64,000 nt of DNA from a virus. Its lineage: Duplodnaviria > Caudoviricetes. A model generated the notes under the pieces. That model worked only from the letters and a program-made list of their open reading frames with translations. It did not search any database and was not told where the DNA came from. A program made the translations under genes and the position numbers. Where the stretch lies: IMG/VR virus record IMGVR_UViG_3300037851_000620, positions 11,747 to 75,746 of that record; one strand, 5' to 3'. Shown here in pieces: positions 18,464 through 27,735 of this stretch (positions are counted from its first letter, which is position 1; every line of letters begins with the position of its first letter).

Positions 18464-19993
18464 ATGACGGTTAAAAAACATCAGATGCCGTTGTATCTTG
18501 GAACATATGCTGAAAGAATTCTTGAAACACTTGTAGCAGAAGCTGCAGGGTCATTATGGCTAGAAACAGATACAAGCGATTTGTATGTTTGGGATGGAAA
18601 TTCATGGGCATATGTTGGAGGCACTTCATCTTTAGCATTAGATGATCTAAATGATGTATATATATCGTCTCCAAGCGATGGAAATGTATTAGGTTATGTT
18701 GGAAGTGTTGGTTTGTGGGAAGCTATAACTGTTACTGGTATGGGAGGTGGTGCTCTAGAGGATCTAACAGATGTAAATATTAACAGTCCATCAAATGGAC
18801 AGGCTCTTGTATGGGATAGTTCTAGTAGTGTGTGGGAGAATGCAACATTAGAAGGAGCTTTAAGCAACAAGCCTGCATTAGTATTGACATCTGGAAGTTC
18901 TGTTGACAATTCGTGTGGAAAGAATGGATCAGAGAGTGGTCATAGCAATGTTTCTGCTGTATATTATCCTCATACTTTTCAATTACTTACTGGTGTAAAA
19001 TTTACTCCTGATGCTGATGCTAATTACAGGTTCTATCTTGCTGAATACGACGGGACTGAAATTGCTGCGACTAGTTATTCATCATGTACTTCAGGCACTG
19101 AAAAGACATTTACACTAACAACTGCAGTTCTTCTTACACCATACAAAATTTTTCGTATTGGAATACAAAGAGAAACTGGCACAGGTGCATATCCATATAG
19201 AACAAGTGCTCTTGATACAATATATGGATACTTTACTGGTGGGTATTTTGAAAGTACATATTATTCTGGAAATCCGTTGGCTATAAAAGTGACGATAACT
19301 CCATATACTCCAACAGTAGAGAATGTTGGTGGATCATCTGGAGCTGATGCATCTGATATTACATACACACCATCAACACTTACTGATTGGGATGGTGATG
19401 CAGATCCAGGTAATGTGGATGATGCTCTTGATCAATTAGCAAACAATGTTGACGAACATTTGAGTGCAGCAGCTCCACATTCGGGACATGAGTTGATATC
19501 CAATAAAGGAGCGGTTAGTGGATATGCTCCTTTGGATGCGACTCAGAAAATACCGACTGCTAACCTGGGAGGTGCAGGTGCAAGTGGGTCAAACTTTTTA
19601 CGTGGTGATCAAACCTGGGCAGTTCCATCTGGCTTGTCTGATGGAAATGTGTTTTTTGTAATTGATGGTGGTGGATCAGTTATCGTAACTGGTTCTAAGG
19701 GATACGTCATTTGTCCGTTCAGTGGCACAATAACTGGATGGACTATTTTAGGTGATATCGCAGGAAGTATTGTTATAGATGTAAAGAAGAGCACTTATGC
19801 CAGTTTTCCTTCAACTACAAGTATTGCTGGAACAGAGAAGCCGACACTTGCTGGGGTGCAGAAAAATCAAGATTTGTCACTCGGGTCATGGACAACTGCA
19901 CTGACAGCAGGTGATATATTGGAATTCGTTGTTGATAGTGTTGCGATAGTAACACGGGTTCAACTGTCTATAAAAATCACAAAAACATCTTGA
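18464..19993 (+). CDS. Tail-fibre-like / virion appendage protein
   Basis: WLETDTSDLYVWDGNSW; two LxDLxDVxIxSPSxG...W repeats; S/T/G-rich beta content. Confidence 0.7.
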   Translation: MTVKKHQMPLYLGTYAERILETLVAEAAGSLWLETDTSDLYVWDGNSWAYVGGTSSLALDDLNDVYISSPSDGNVLGYVGSVGLWEAITVTGMGGGALEDLTDVNINSPSNGQALVWDSSSSVWENATLEGALSNKPALVLTSGSSVDNSCGKNGSESGHSNVSAVYYPHTFQLLTGVKFTPDADANYRFYLAEYDGTEIAATSYSSCTSGTEKTFTLTTAVLLTPYKIFRIGIQRETGTGAYPYRTSALDTIYGYFTGGYFESTYYSGNPLAIKVTITPYTPTVENVGGSSGADASDITYTPSTLTDWDGDADPGNVDDALDQLANNVDEHLSAAAPHSGHELISNKGAVSGYAPLDATQKIPTANLGGAGASGSNFLRGDQTWAVPSGLSDGNVFFVIDGGGSVIVTGSKGYVICPFSGTITGWTILGDIAGSIVIDVKKSTYASFPSTTSIAGTEKPTLAGVQKNQDLSLGSWTTALTAGDILEFVVDSVAIVTRVQLSIKITKTS

Positions 19994-20006
19994 AAGGAGT
20001 TTGATT

Positions 20007-20522
20007 ATGGCGAATACATGGACGGCATATTATTCAGGTGTGGCTTTTGCTGCAACAAAAAACATGGGTGCTGTACTGAATGGCGGCGCACGTGTACTAC
20101 GGGTGAAGCGTGTAGGTCTTATCAATGCTCAAACTGCAGCCGTTACTGGGGTTGTGTGTTCAATAGAGCTTAGAAGATACACAGGTGCATCCTTGGCATC
20201 ACCAACTGCGGTAACTCCTGTAGCGCATGATTCAACCAACTCTGCACTTTCATCTGTAACTGCAGGTCATGCTGGTACAATTGGTGGTACTCCAGCGACT
20301 TTGCGTCGTTTAATTTGGTCGAGTGATGAAGCAAAATTGTCAACCGCTCAAAACAATGAATGGGAAACACTTATCCCGCTCAACATCATTTATGATTCTT
20401 ATGGCGATACAACAGTACAACCGATTGTATTGCGTAATGGCGAGATGATCATGGTGTACAATGTGTCAGGTGCAGCGGGTTTGCTTGACGTTTGGATTGA
20501 ATTTCTAGATGAGGCATCCTAA
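20007..20522 (+). CDS. Putative virion structural protein
   Basis: AGGAG RBS; A/T/V-rich beta protein; L..GE motif shared with the next gene. Confidence 0.55.
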   Translation: MANTWTAYYSGVAFAATKNMGAVLNGGARVLRVKRVGLINAQTAAVTGVVCSIELRRYTGASLASPTAVTPVAHDSTNSALSSVTAGHAGTIGGTPATLRRLIWSSDEAKLSTAQNNEWETLIPLNIIYDSYGDTTVQPIVLRNGEMIMVYNVSGAAGLLDVWIEFLDEAS

Positions 20523-21647
20523 GTGGCAAGCACATACCTTGCACGGGTTGAGCAAGTTCCATCCGCTATAAATTTTGAGTTCCCGATTACTGCGATAACG
20601 GGGCATCCGTATTTGCAGCATGTTGCTCAACTGGCAATTATCAACAATGGTGCTGGTACGCTTGAGGTAAAAACCATACGCATAGCTCCATTGAGTTCAC
20701 AGAACGCAGCCTTGCCGGTAAACCTATCGGTGAGCAGGATAACCGTTCAGCCAGTGAACGGGACGGATGTTACTCCGATCAAACTTGACAGTGCAACAGC
20801 AAACTTGCCAGCACAAGTGCAGATCAAAATGTATCCAGACGCAGCGGTAGGGTCACGATTTTCGATGGTGAACATTGCCACTCGACAAAACACGGCACGT
20901 GTCAATCAGGCTGTATGTGCAAGATCATTCGGGGAATTTGGGTCTGTGGCTTTGTCGGGTAGCTTGGTCAGGAATTTCAGGCAGGATTTGTCTGGCACGT
21001 CTCAACCGATTGTGTTGAATGAAGGACAGGGACTGAATATCCAGGCTGAGCAGCAATCAGCAACTGCAGCCTATTCCGTGCTGATTGAGTTCTACACGTC
21101 AGATGGTTCATATATGCTCAATGAATATGTCTATCCACTTGCGGTAAATTCTCTACTCACTATCTGGAATGGGGTTGGCTCTGGGCGTGTAATTTCAATC
21201 AAAACAATTGCCATAAGTGAGATTTTAGAGGACACGATTCCTTATTTTGTTTTTGATATGATCGGTGCTGCTAGAGGTGGTAATGTAGTAACTCCTATAA
21301 AAATGGACAGCTCAAGTCCAGACACTGTCGATGTTGATGTGAGATCGAATTGCCTGGTTGACATTATTGGCTTTGATGCAGGAGCGATTATTGTAAATTC
21401 AGGCATGCGCAAGATGACGCGACAGACGTTTGGCATTGGTCTTTCGCAAACTGATGTTTCATTTGGGCGCGATGCTAGGGATGTTAGATTTGCCGATTCT
21501 CCAATTGTGTTAAGACAGGGTGTTGGAATTGCTATCATTCAGAAAAACTATGGCGGTGTTGGATTGCATGAGTTCATCATTTCATACACATTTACTCCAG
21601 CAGTTGTTGGTGGGTCAAGTGAACATGCTTACGGTGGAGCAGGATAA
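20523..21647 (+). CDS. Putative virion structural protein with internal duplication
   Basis: VTPIKLDS / VTPIKMDS and PIVLNEGQG / PIVLRQGVG repeats. Confidence 0.55.
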   Translation: MASTYLARVEQVPSAINFEFPITAITGHPYLQHVAQLAIINNGAGTLEVKTIRIAPLSSQNAALPVNLSVSRITVQPVNGTDVTPIKLDSATANLPAQVQIKMYPDAAVGSRFSMVNIATRQNTARVNQAVCARSFGEFGSVALSGSLVRNFRQDLSGTSQPIVLNEGQGLNIQAEQQSATAAYSVLIEFYTSDGSYMLNEYVYPLAVNSLLTIWNGVGSGRVISIKTIAISEILEDTIPYFVFDMIGAARGGNVVTPIKMDSSSPDTVDVDVRSNCLVDIIGFDAGAIIVNSGMRKMTRQTFGIGLSQTDVSFGRDARDVRFADSPIVLRQGVGIAIIQKNYGGVGLHEFIISYTFTPAVVGGSSEHAYGGAG

Positions 21648-21719
21648 TGAAATTAAACAATATACAGAATATTGTATATTCATGTGTATATTCATATATT
21701 AGAATATTTTACACGGTTG

Positions 21720-21729
21720 CAAGTTTAGT
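21720..21729 (+). promoter_or_regulatory. CAAGTTTAGT repeated motif
   Basis: End of an AT-rich intergenic gap, directly before AGGAGG RBS of 21749. Confidence 0.6.
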
Positions 21730-21748
21730 ATATTAGGAGGACTTCATA

Positions 21749-22087
21749 ATGGTTGATAAGATAAATGCTCATTTCGATTTTGTGGTTCAGGGTGTCACTT
21801 TTGAAGATGCTCGTGCACTCAATATGCGCATCATTAACGCTGTTGAGTTGTTGGATGCTTCTACTGGTGGAGGCTGGTATGTAGAAGACGACAAAGATAA
21901 TGTCGAGAAGCTCGCAGAGTTAGATGCTAATATTTACGAAATATTGGATGCAAAGTTCAAGACCGTGACGAAAGAGGCAGACACTGGCAATGCGTCTAAC
22001 GAAACAATCATATGGCTGAGAGGTTATGCTCAAGCTATCTGTTATGCGAAGAAGGTTGTGAGTGGGGAGATTGGGGATGAGGGCTGA
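21749..22087 (+). CDS. Hypothetical protein
   Basis: Strong AGGAGG RBS. Confidence 0.65.
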   Translation: MVDKINAHFDFVVQGVTFEDARALNMRIINAVELLDASTGGGWYVEDDKDNVEKLAELDANIYEILDAKFKTVTKEADTGNASNETIIWLRGYAQAICYAKKVVSGEIGDEG

Positions 22088-22400
22088 TCCGAAAACATTC
22101 ACAAACAAAGATGTACAACGTGCGGCTCAGGAATTACAGAAGTATCGTAATTGTCCTGAAAAGTTGATCAATGAGGTTGACAGGCGTTGTAGGAAGAAGA
22201 ACATTCCAATTAATTGGCGTCAAACAGGCTCTCATGTTGTTGGACAGGCTCCGAATGCTGATGTTGTGATCCCCAATCATGGAGAGATTCCAAAAGGAAC
22301 GCTTATGAGCATCGTCAAGATGCTTGCTGCAATCGGTGTGGTTATATTCATTGGCTTCTGTTATTACTCATACATTCTGATTCCTGCAGGAGGGAACTGA
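22077..22400 (+). CDS. HicA-like domain with C-terminal TM helix
   Basis: RQTGSH...VVIPNHGEIPKGTLMSIVK followed by LAAIGVVIFIGFCYYSYILI. Confidence 0.6.
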   Translation: MRADPKTFTNKDVQRAAQELQKYRNCPEKLINEVDRRCRKKNIPINWRQTGSHVVGQAPNADVVIPNHGEIPKGTLMSIVKMLAAIGVVIFIGFCYYSYILIPAGGN

Positions 22401-22525
22401 TGAATGGATTTTTGTTCAAACGATTGTGGTGCTGGACATGTAATAAAGTGACATGGTGGCATATGGTAAATAACCACTATCGTTGCTCTGTGTGTGGACA
22501 GCGTAGTATCGCTGATCTGAAATGA
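22400..22525 (+). CDS. Small zinc-ribbon peptide (41 aa)
   Basis: CWTC...CSVC; TGATG coupling. Confidence 0.55.
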   Translation: MNGFLFKRLWCWTCNKVTWWHMVNNHYRCSVCGQRSIADLK

Positions 22526-22549
22526 TTCTAACACTCGCCCAGGTGTATA

Positions 22550-22720
22550 ATGAAAATCGATATCACGCAGTTATGTGTTGCGACATTGATCGCGATGTTT
22601 GTGCTAGGATGTGCAATAGTTCTAGCAGCCACTCTAATTAGAAAGGCTCAGCACGAAAAGTCTTTGCGATATACAAAATGGGAACAAAGCGAGGAGAATG
22701 ATGATGAAGAAAAACAGTAA
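22550..22720 (+). CDS. Small single-TM protein (56 aa)
   Basis: AGGT RBS; hydrophobic N-terminus, acidic tail. Confidence 0.5.
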   Translation: MKIDITQLCVATLIAMFVLGCAIVLAATLIRKAQHEKSLRYTKWEQSEENDDEEKQ

Positions 22721-22814
22721 ACTGTATAACATTGTTTGGATGACGGTCATTGTTATTGGCAGTGGGGTTGCGGTTGTAGTTTGGATGTTTGCCGCATCGG
22801 CAAACGGTATGTAA
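22698..22814 (+). CDS. Small single-TM protein (38 aa)
   Basis: GAGGAG RBS; IVWMTVIVIGSGVAVVVWMF; TAATG-coupled to next gene. Confidence 0.5.
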   Translation: MMMKKNSKLYNIVWMTVIVIGSGVAVVVWMFAASANGM

Positions 22815-23020
22815 TGAAAATCCGGATGCGTGCAATTTTATCCGTAATTCACATATTACTTATACGAGCCGACAAACTTGCCAAAGAAATTCCACCTGAT
22901 CCTTCAACTGAAGAGCATTTATCGACACTCAAGAACGACATCAGTCATGCTGAGATGGTTGTGACGAACATGCTTGTAACATCACGCATAGCAGATATGT
23001 CTTATGAAGATCCTAATTGA
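22814..23020 (+). CDS. Hypothetical protein
   Basis: Start at TAATG overlap. Confidence 0.55.
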   Translation: MKIRMRAILSVIHILLIRADKLAKEIPPDPSTEEHLSTLKNDISHAEMVVTNMLVTSRIADMSYEDPN

Positions 23021-23561
23021 TAAAGAGTTGAAAGAGTGGATTAAGACAGGCATATATCCGCACGATTTGGCATACATAAATCCAGCCAGCGTCGATCTTT
23101 GCTTGGGTCATGGTTGGATAGATATAGAAGGCTATACATTGTCAAACAACGATTTAACGCTGTATCCTCGCTCTGCATATACAGACGTGTGGAATACATT
23201 TGCCAGGATCTTCCATTTCCAAAGGCATCCAACGGCTGTTCTTGCTACAACATTAGAGCGAGTTGTGCTTCTTCCTGATGAAGCAGCGTCTATCAAGCTG
23301 AAAACGACTCCGAGTCGTGAAGGTCTTGGGCATCCGATTGCAGATTGGGTAGATCCTGGATTTCAAGGTCAACTTACGCTCATGCTTCATGCTCACAAAC
23401 GGATTTCCATCCCGTATGGCAGGAGAATTGTTCAGATAGTGGTGTATAAGCTAGACTATCCTGTTGAAATCTCTTATGCACACACAGGACATTATCAAGA
23501 TCAGGCTGGTCCAACAATTTCATGGAGGCATATGTGGTATGCTAGACATAAACGATCCTGA
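23004..23561 (+). CDS. dcd: dCTP deaminase / trimeric dUTPase-family protein
   Basis: INPASVDLCLG, KTTPSREGL, VDPGFQGQLTL, RIVQIV, YQDQAG. Confidence 0.8.
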   Translation: MKILIDKELKEWIKTGIYPHDLAYINPASVDLCLGHGWIDIEGYTLSNNDLTLYPRSAYTDVWNTFARIFHFQRHPTAVLATTLERVVLLPDEAASIKLKTTPSREGLGHPIADWVDPGFQGQLTLMLHAHKRISIPYGRRIVQIVVYKLDYPVEISYAHTGHYQDQAGPTISWRHMWYARHKRS

Positions 23562-24054
23562 TACATTCATACAACCACGCTGGAAGTTTTGTAGTGCACG
23601 CGACACACATGTCAATATGCCAGCGTTCTTCTTGAAGACAGCCATCGATATTCTGACTCCGCTGTATTCATGTAATCGTCCTCCTGGAGCTGCAGGAGCA
23701 ATCCTTGAGACAAAATCTCATGTAATCATTGCGCCTGTTATACCAACGATAGGATATCCAACTTGTAAGCATGTTGGGTGCGATATCGTTGATGGGCACT
23801 GTGTAAGAGCAATTCATGCTGAGAGGCGTGCGTTGTTGTGGGCAGCGAAATACGGTATTCCTACAGACGAGTCTACTGTGTACTCGATACTCAAACCTTG
23901 TTATGAGTGTACAAAGGAGCTGATTGCGGCTGGCGTAAAGTTAATTTATTACGCTGGGATTGCTTATGATGAAGACAGGACAAAAGCTGTACTCAAAGCA
24001 GCAGATGTCCTGTGCATTGCGGTAGACGTCAAATTGGAGTACGGAAATGCTTGA
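23539..24054 (+). CDS. dCMP deaminase (ComEB-like)
   Basis: IHAE and KPCYEC zinc motifs; GGAGG RBS at 23524, ATG 23539. Confidence 0.85.
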   Translation: MLDINDPDTFIQPRWKFCSARDTHVNMPAFFLKTAIDILTPLYSCNRPPGAAGAILETKSHVIIAPVIPTIGYPTCKHVGCDIVDGHCVRAIHAERRALLWAAKYGIPTDESTVYSILKPCYECTKELIAAGVKLIYYAGIAYDEDRTKAVLKAADVLCIAVDVKLEYGNA

Positions 24055-25201
24055 AACAACCAGATATATAACATCGACGAGCTTCTTTATTGATCAGTTG
24101 GAGGCGTTGCTAAAACAGGGATGCAAAGTGGCACCGAGAGGCAATGAAACAAAAGAATTATTGAATCAATTCTTTGAGATTTACTATCCAACCTATCGCT
24201 GTATCTTGCTTCCTAAACGTAGAAATAATATCTTTGCTCAGATTGCAGAGACATTGTGGATGATTGCTGGACGTGACGATATTGAGTGGCTGAGTTTCTA
24301 TCTTCCTCGTGCTCCACAATTTAGCGATAACGGACGTTCTTGGCGTGGGGCATATGGTCCGAGATTGAGGAATTGGAACAGTTCTGATAAGAAAGTTGAT
24401 CAACTTTCTTATGTTGTTGAAGCCTTGAAGAACGATAGTCTTACACGTCAAGCAGTCATTTCCATTTGGGATCCTGGTATCGATACCACTCCTGGTAAAG
24501 ATATTCCTTGCAATAACTGGTTGCAATTCATCTTACGTGATGGGTTGTTGAGTATGAGTGTTGCACAACGTTCATCAGATTTGATATGGGGATACAGTGG
24601 CATAGATGCATTCTCATGGTCTGTACTTCACGAAATGATGGCGTATTGGACAGAGTCTAATGTTCATATCCGCTCTCATCTTGTTGGCAGTCAACATATC
24701 TATCAGCAGCATTATGTTCTTGGGTACGACATTTTACAGAATTACAAGGCGTGCATGTATGATAGAGTTTCGTGTCTTAATGCGCATCTTCTCGATGATG
24801 TGTATCTTCCTCCTAAGTTCCAAACTCCGTTTGATAAGATCGATGTTGCATTACAGCACCTGTTTCGGCTCGAGCTGTTTATGCGGAATGGAGCGATGTC
24901 GTTTCAGGCTATATGGGACGATATCGAAACGGATACATGCATATCCTATGATCCATTCTTGATTCAGTGTGCGCAGATGCTTTTGGTGTATCATGTATAC
25001 CAAAACGTGAAGAAAAATCACGAAGGCGAGGACTTAGATAAGTTCAAGCCTGATATTATGCAGTTCGTTAACAAAATGGAAAAGAGCGATTTTCGCCTGT
25101 GTGCGGTCGAGTTCATGTCACGTTATATGAACATCGAGACCGATGATATGGCTCATTCTAGTGACGTGTTGGAGCTGAAACGATTGAATATTTTGCAATA
25201 A
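24047..25201 (+). CDS. Thymidylate-synthase-family enzyme (possible dCMP hydroxymethylase/methylase)
   Basis: YGPRLR, DQL, TRQAVI, DIPCN, QRSSDLIWG, SQHIY; Asp at the specificity position. Confidence 0.85.
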   Translation: MLETTRYITSTSFFIDQLEALLKQGCKVAPRGNETKELLNQFFEIYYPTYRCILLPKRRNNIFAQIAETLWMIAGRDDIEWLSFYLPRAPQFSDNGRSWRGAYGPRLRNWNSSDKKVDQLSYVVEALKNDSLTRQAVISIWDPGIDTTPGKDIPCNNWLQFILRDGLLSMSVAQRSSDLIWGYSGIDAFSWSVLHEMMAYWTESNVHIRSHLVGSQHIYQQHYVLGYDILQNYKACMYDRVSCLNAHLLDDVYLPPKFQTPFDKIDVALQHLFRLELFMRNGAMSFQAIWDDIETDTCISYDPFLIQCAQMLLVYHVYQNVKKNHEGEDLDKFKPDIMQFVNKMEKSDFRLCAVEFMSRYMNIETDDMAHSSDVLELKRLNILQ

Positions 25202-25204
25202 GTA

Positions 25205-25246
25205 TATATTCATAGGTTTGTAGATAAAAACCTATATGTGAATATA
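25205..25246. terminator. Bulged inverted repeat after the TS-like gene (terminator or operator)
   Basis: ATAGGTTT/AAACCTAT inner arms; TATATTCA/TGAATATA outer arms. Confidence 0.35.
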
Positions 25247-25277
25247 GCTTATTTGACACACATATTTGAGGATAATT

Positions 25278-25835
25278 ATGTCATATTACAAGGCTGCTGA
25301 AGTGTCTGCAAGTTTATTGGCTGAGTCGCCTATACAAGTTGCATCTTGTGAATTAACACGACCTGCAAACACGACAGCATATTCAGCTAACGATGTATGG
25401 AACGATTCAGATACATATAATCCAAGCTGTTTCGTGTTTCAATATCCACCAAGCTGGGCTAATACTATTGTTTGGATATCGCAAGTTGTAGTTGCATCTA
25501 ATAATCCAAACTTCGCATCAGTTGTGATAGTTATGTTCTATAGAAAATATCCTATGGCAATCCCATTAGATAATACATCGCAGATAGCTGCATTAGGGTA
25601 TTGGACAGAGCGCACAAGTTTCAGTCAATTTGGAAGTTCGTTATCTATGCTGAACATAGGTGCAGCAACAGGGAAAATAGGATTGTTAGCTTCGAATACA
25701 CATTCACCAGTTATGTTAGACGAAACTGCAAAATTGTATGCGCAGCTGCGTTTGGGCGCACTCTATACACCATTGCCTGGTGAGAGTGTATATATTCGAG
25801 TCATTGCAAATAGATCGCTCACGAATGTATTTTAG
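25278..25835 (+). CDS. Putative virion decoration protein, paralog A
   Basis: LTRPANTTAYSANDV motif; paralogous to the next gene. Confidence 0.6.
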   Translation: MSYYKAAEVSASLLAESPIQVASCELTRPANTTAYSANDVWNDSDTYNPSCFVFQYPPSWANTIVWISQVVVASNNPNFASVVIVMFYRKYPMAIPLDNTSQIAALGYWTERTSFSQFGSSLSMLNIGAATGKIGLLASNTHSPVMLDETAKLYAQLRLGALYTPLPGESVYIRVIANRSLTNVF

Positions 25836-25859
25836 AGGACATATTAGAGGATACCTTAC

Positions 25860-26411
25860 ATGTCTAAATCTATTGAAAAATCGCTCGAATTGACTTCTAT
25901 GACCAGATTTTGCGAAGCTGAGGCATCGTTTACACGTCCAAACAACACCACGCAATATACGGCACAAGACTTAGTGACTTCAGCATTAAGTCTAGATGCT
26001 GTTGGATGTATAGCATTCACTTTACCAGATTGGACAAGAAATATGAGTGGTCTGATCTACAAGATATTTTGTGCGAAATCTGGAGATACTACAACTAATG
26101 CAAGCTTCACTATGTATTTGTGGAATAGACCACCGACTGTCATCAATGCAGTTGATAATACTCCATATCCAAGCCAAATACCTGTGTGGAAAGATAGAGA
26201 TGCATTCATAGGAACGATAGCTTGCGGCACGCAAACAGTTGGAATGACTGGGGGAGGGACGTATGCTTTATCTGCAGCAGCAAACTTGTATTATGCATTA
26301 CCTGGTGGTGGAAATACAATCTATGGTCTTTTGACTGTATCTGCTGCATATGTGCCAATAGCATCAGAGCAATTTTATTTTCGGATTACGTGCATATATC
26401 CTCCATATTAG
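25860..26411 (+). CDS. Putative virion decoration protein, paralog B
   Basis: FTRPNNTTQYTAQDLV motif; YxPxxxExxYxR C-terminus shared with paralog A. Confidence 0.6.
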   Translation: MSKSIEKSLELTSMTRFCEAEASFTRPNNTTQYTAQDLVTSALSLDAVGCIAFTLPDWTRNMSGLIYKIFCAKSGDTTTNASFTMYLWNRPPTVINAVDNTPYPSQIPVWKDRDAFIGTIACGTQTVGMTGGGTYALSAAANLYYALPGGGNTIYGLLTVSAAYVPIASEQFYFRITCIYPPY

Positions 26412-26425
26412 ATTGATACAATTTT

Positions 26426-27178
26426 ATGCATAAACTGAAGAGAGAAACTTACACATCAATATCGTTTGGAGTCAAGAAGAGCTACATGCAGAAGGTGCTG
26501 AGTCTGAATCCGACCGGATATTGGACGCTTGGGGATGCCTCAGGCACAACGGCGGTTGACTTGAAAGGCTTGGGCAATGGGACTTACTACGGCTGTTTGC
26601 TGAACCAACCTGGCATGGGCGACGGTCGCAAGTCGGTGTACTTCGACAATGACAACGATTACATGCAGTTCCATTCTGCTGGATTTGCCAGCGTGTTTAA
26701 CGGCAATCTATTCTCGTTTGCGTGTTGGCTGAAAGCCAACAACGCAAGTTTTTGGACGGATGGCTTATATCATGATTGGGTGATATGCAGGGTGGATGGG
26801 AACAACAATGTGTTTGTCAGGAAGTCAAGTATCAACAACGATATCACATTCAGCCGCACAGCAGCAGCAACACTAAAATCCTGGTCTGTGGATGCCAGGA
26901 CGTATATACCGGACCTGACCGGATGGTTTCACCTGGCGATAGTTTGCAACCAAGCCAGCGACATCTTCAAGGGCTATATCAACGGCGTGGACGTGACACC
27001 GGTATTCTCTGGCAACGGCTCATGGTCTGGCACATTAGATGCAGGTTACCAACTCTTAGGTGGTAGTATTGCTATACCAGCAATTGAGATTCATGAATGG
27101 TACGGCTGGATGCAGCACTTTGTATATTTCAATCGCAAACTCACACCTGATGAAGTTCTGAAGCTGGCAAAACAATAA
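26426..27178 (+). CDS. LamG / concanavalin A-like lectin-domain protein
   Basis: GYWTLGDASGTTAVD, FSFACWLK, WFHLAIV, YINGV, FNRKLTPDEV. Confidence 0.8.
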   Translation: MHKLKRETYTSISFGVKKSYMQKVLSLNPTGYWTLGDASGTTAVDLKGLGNGTYYGCLLNQPGMGDGRKSVYFDNDNDYMQFHSAGFASVFNGNLFSFACWLKANNASFWTDGLYHDWVICRVDGNNNVFVRKSSINNDITFSRTAAATLKSWSVDARTYIPDLTGWFHLAIVCNQASDIFKGYINGVDVTPVFSGNGSWSGTLDAGYQLLGGSIAIPAIEIHEWYGWMQHFVYFNRKLTPDEVLKLAKQ

Positions 27179-27202
27179 TTAGATTGCTTAGGAGATTTTA
27201 TA

Positions 27203-27529
27203 ATGTCATTGTCTGCAGAAATTTATCTAAAACAACTTGCGGCACTTATCGAAGAAGTGAATCCATGGCTGACACACACTGTAACTGTCGTGACTGCTGG
27301 AATAGAAGTACGTGGTCCGGACATGCCTGGGAATGGTTTCTATCTGAAGGCTCATCCTGACAATACAGATACGGTATGGATTGGAAATAATGGATCAGGT
27401 GTGCTATCATCTGCTGTTGGATTTCCATTGAATCCTGGTGAGGTGATCTACGTGCCTGTCAGTAATTTGAATAGAATTATGTTCGATGCTGACGTGTCAG
27501 GAGAGAAAATTTGCTGTATACGTTTGTAA
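27203..27529 (+). CDS. Small putative virion protein
   Basis: LKAHPDNTDTVWIG...GFPLNPGE motif typical of small phage jelly-roll proteins. Confidence 0.55.
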   Translation: MSLSAEIYLKQLAALIEEVNPWLTHTVTVVTAGIEVRGPDMPGNGFYLKAHPDNTDTVWIGNNGSGVLSSAVGFPLNPGEVIYVPVSNLNRIMFDADVSGEKICCIRL

Positions 27530-27598
27530 TTGTACTACTGCACGGTTTCAGCACGTGTGCAATCATTGTGCACTTTTATATTTAATGACCACTCCCTA

Positions 27599-27640
27599 TT
27601 AAGTACTTAAGTATTTAATGCATTAAGGGATTAAGGTTAA
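27599..27640. repeat. 8-bp-periodic TTAA array with two perfect 12-bp palindromes
   Basis: TTAA at 27599, 27607, 27615, 27623, 27631 (and 27637); TTAAGTACTTAA and TTAATGCATTAA. Confidence 0.85.
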
Positions 27641-27735
27641 GTTTGTTAATAGTTTTGAGTTTTAAAAGCAGACACGTGTTTGCGTGGCTGTGCCACGTAA
27701 GCAAAGATTTATGAAAGTTTTCTGAGGAGATTTAC

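Noticed and set aside
18464-27529. Diversity-generating retroelement targeting fibre/lectin genes
   Set aside because: No reverse transcriptase and no template/variable repeat pair seen in the window.
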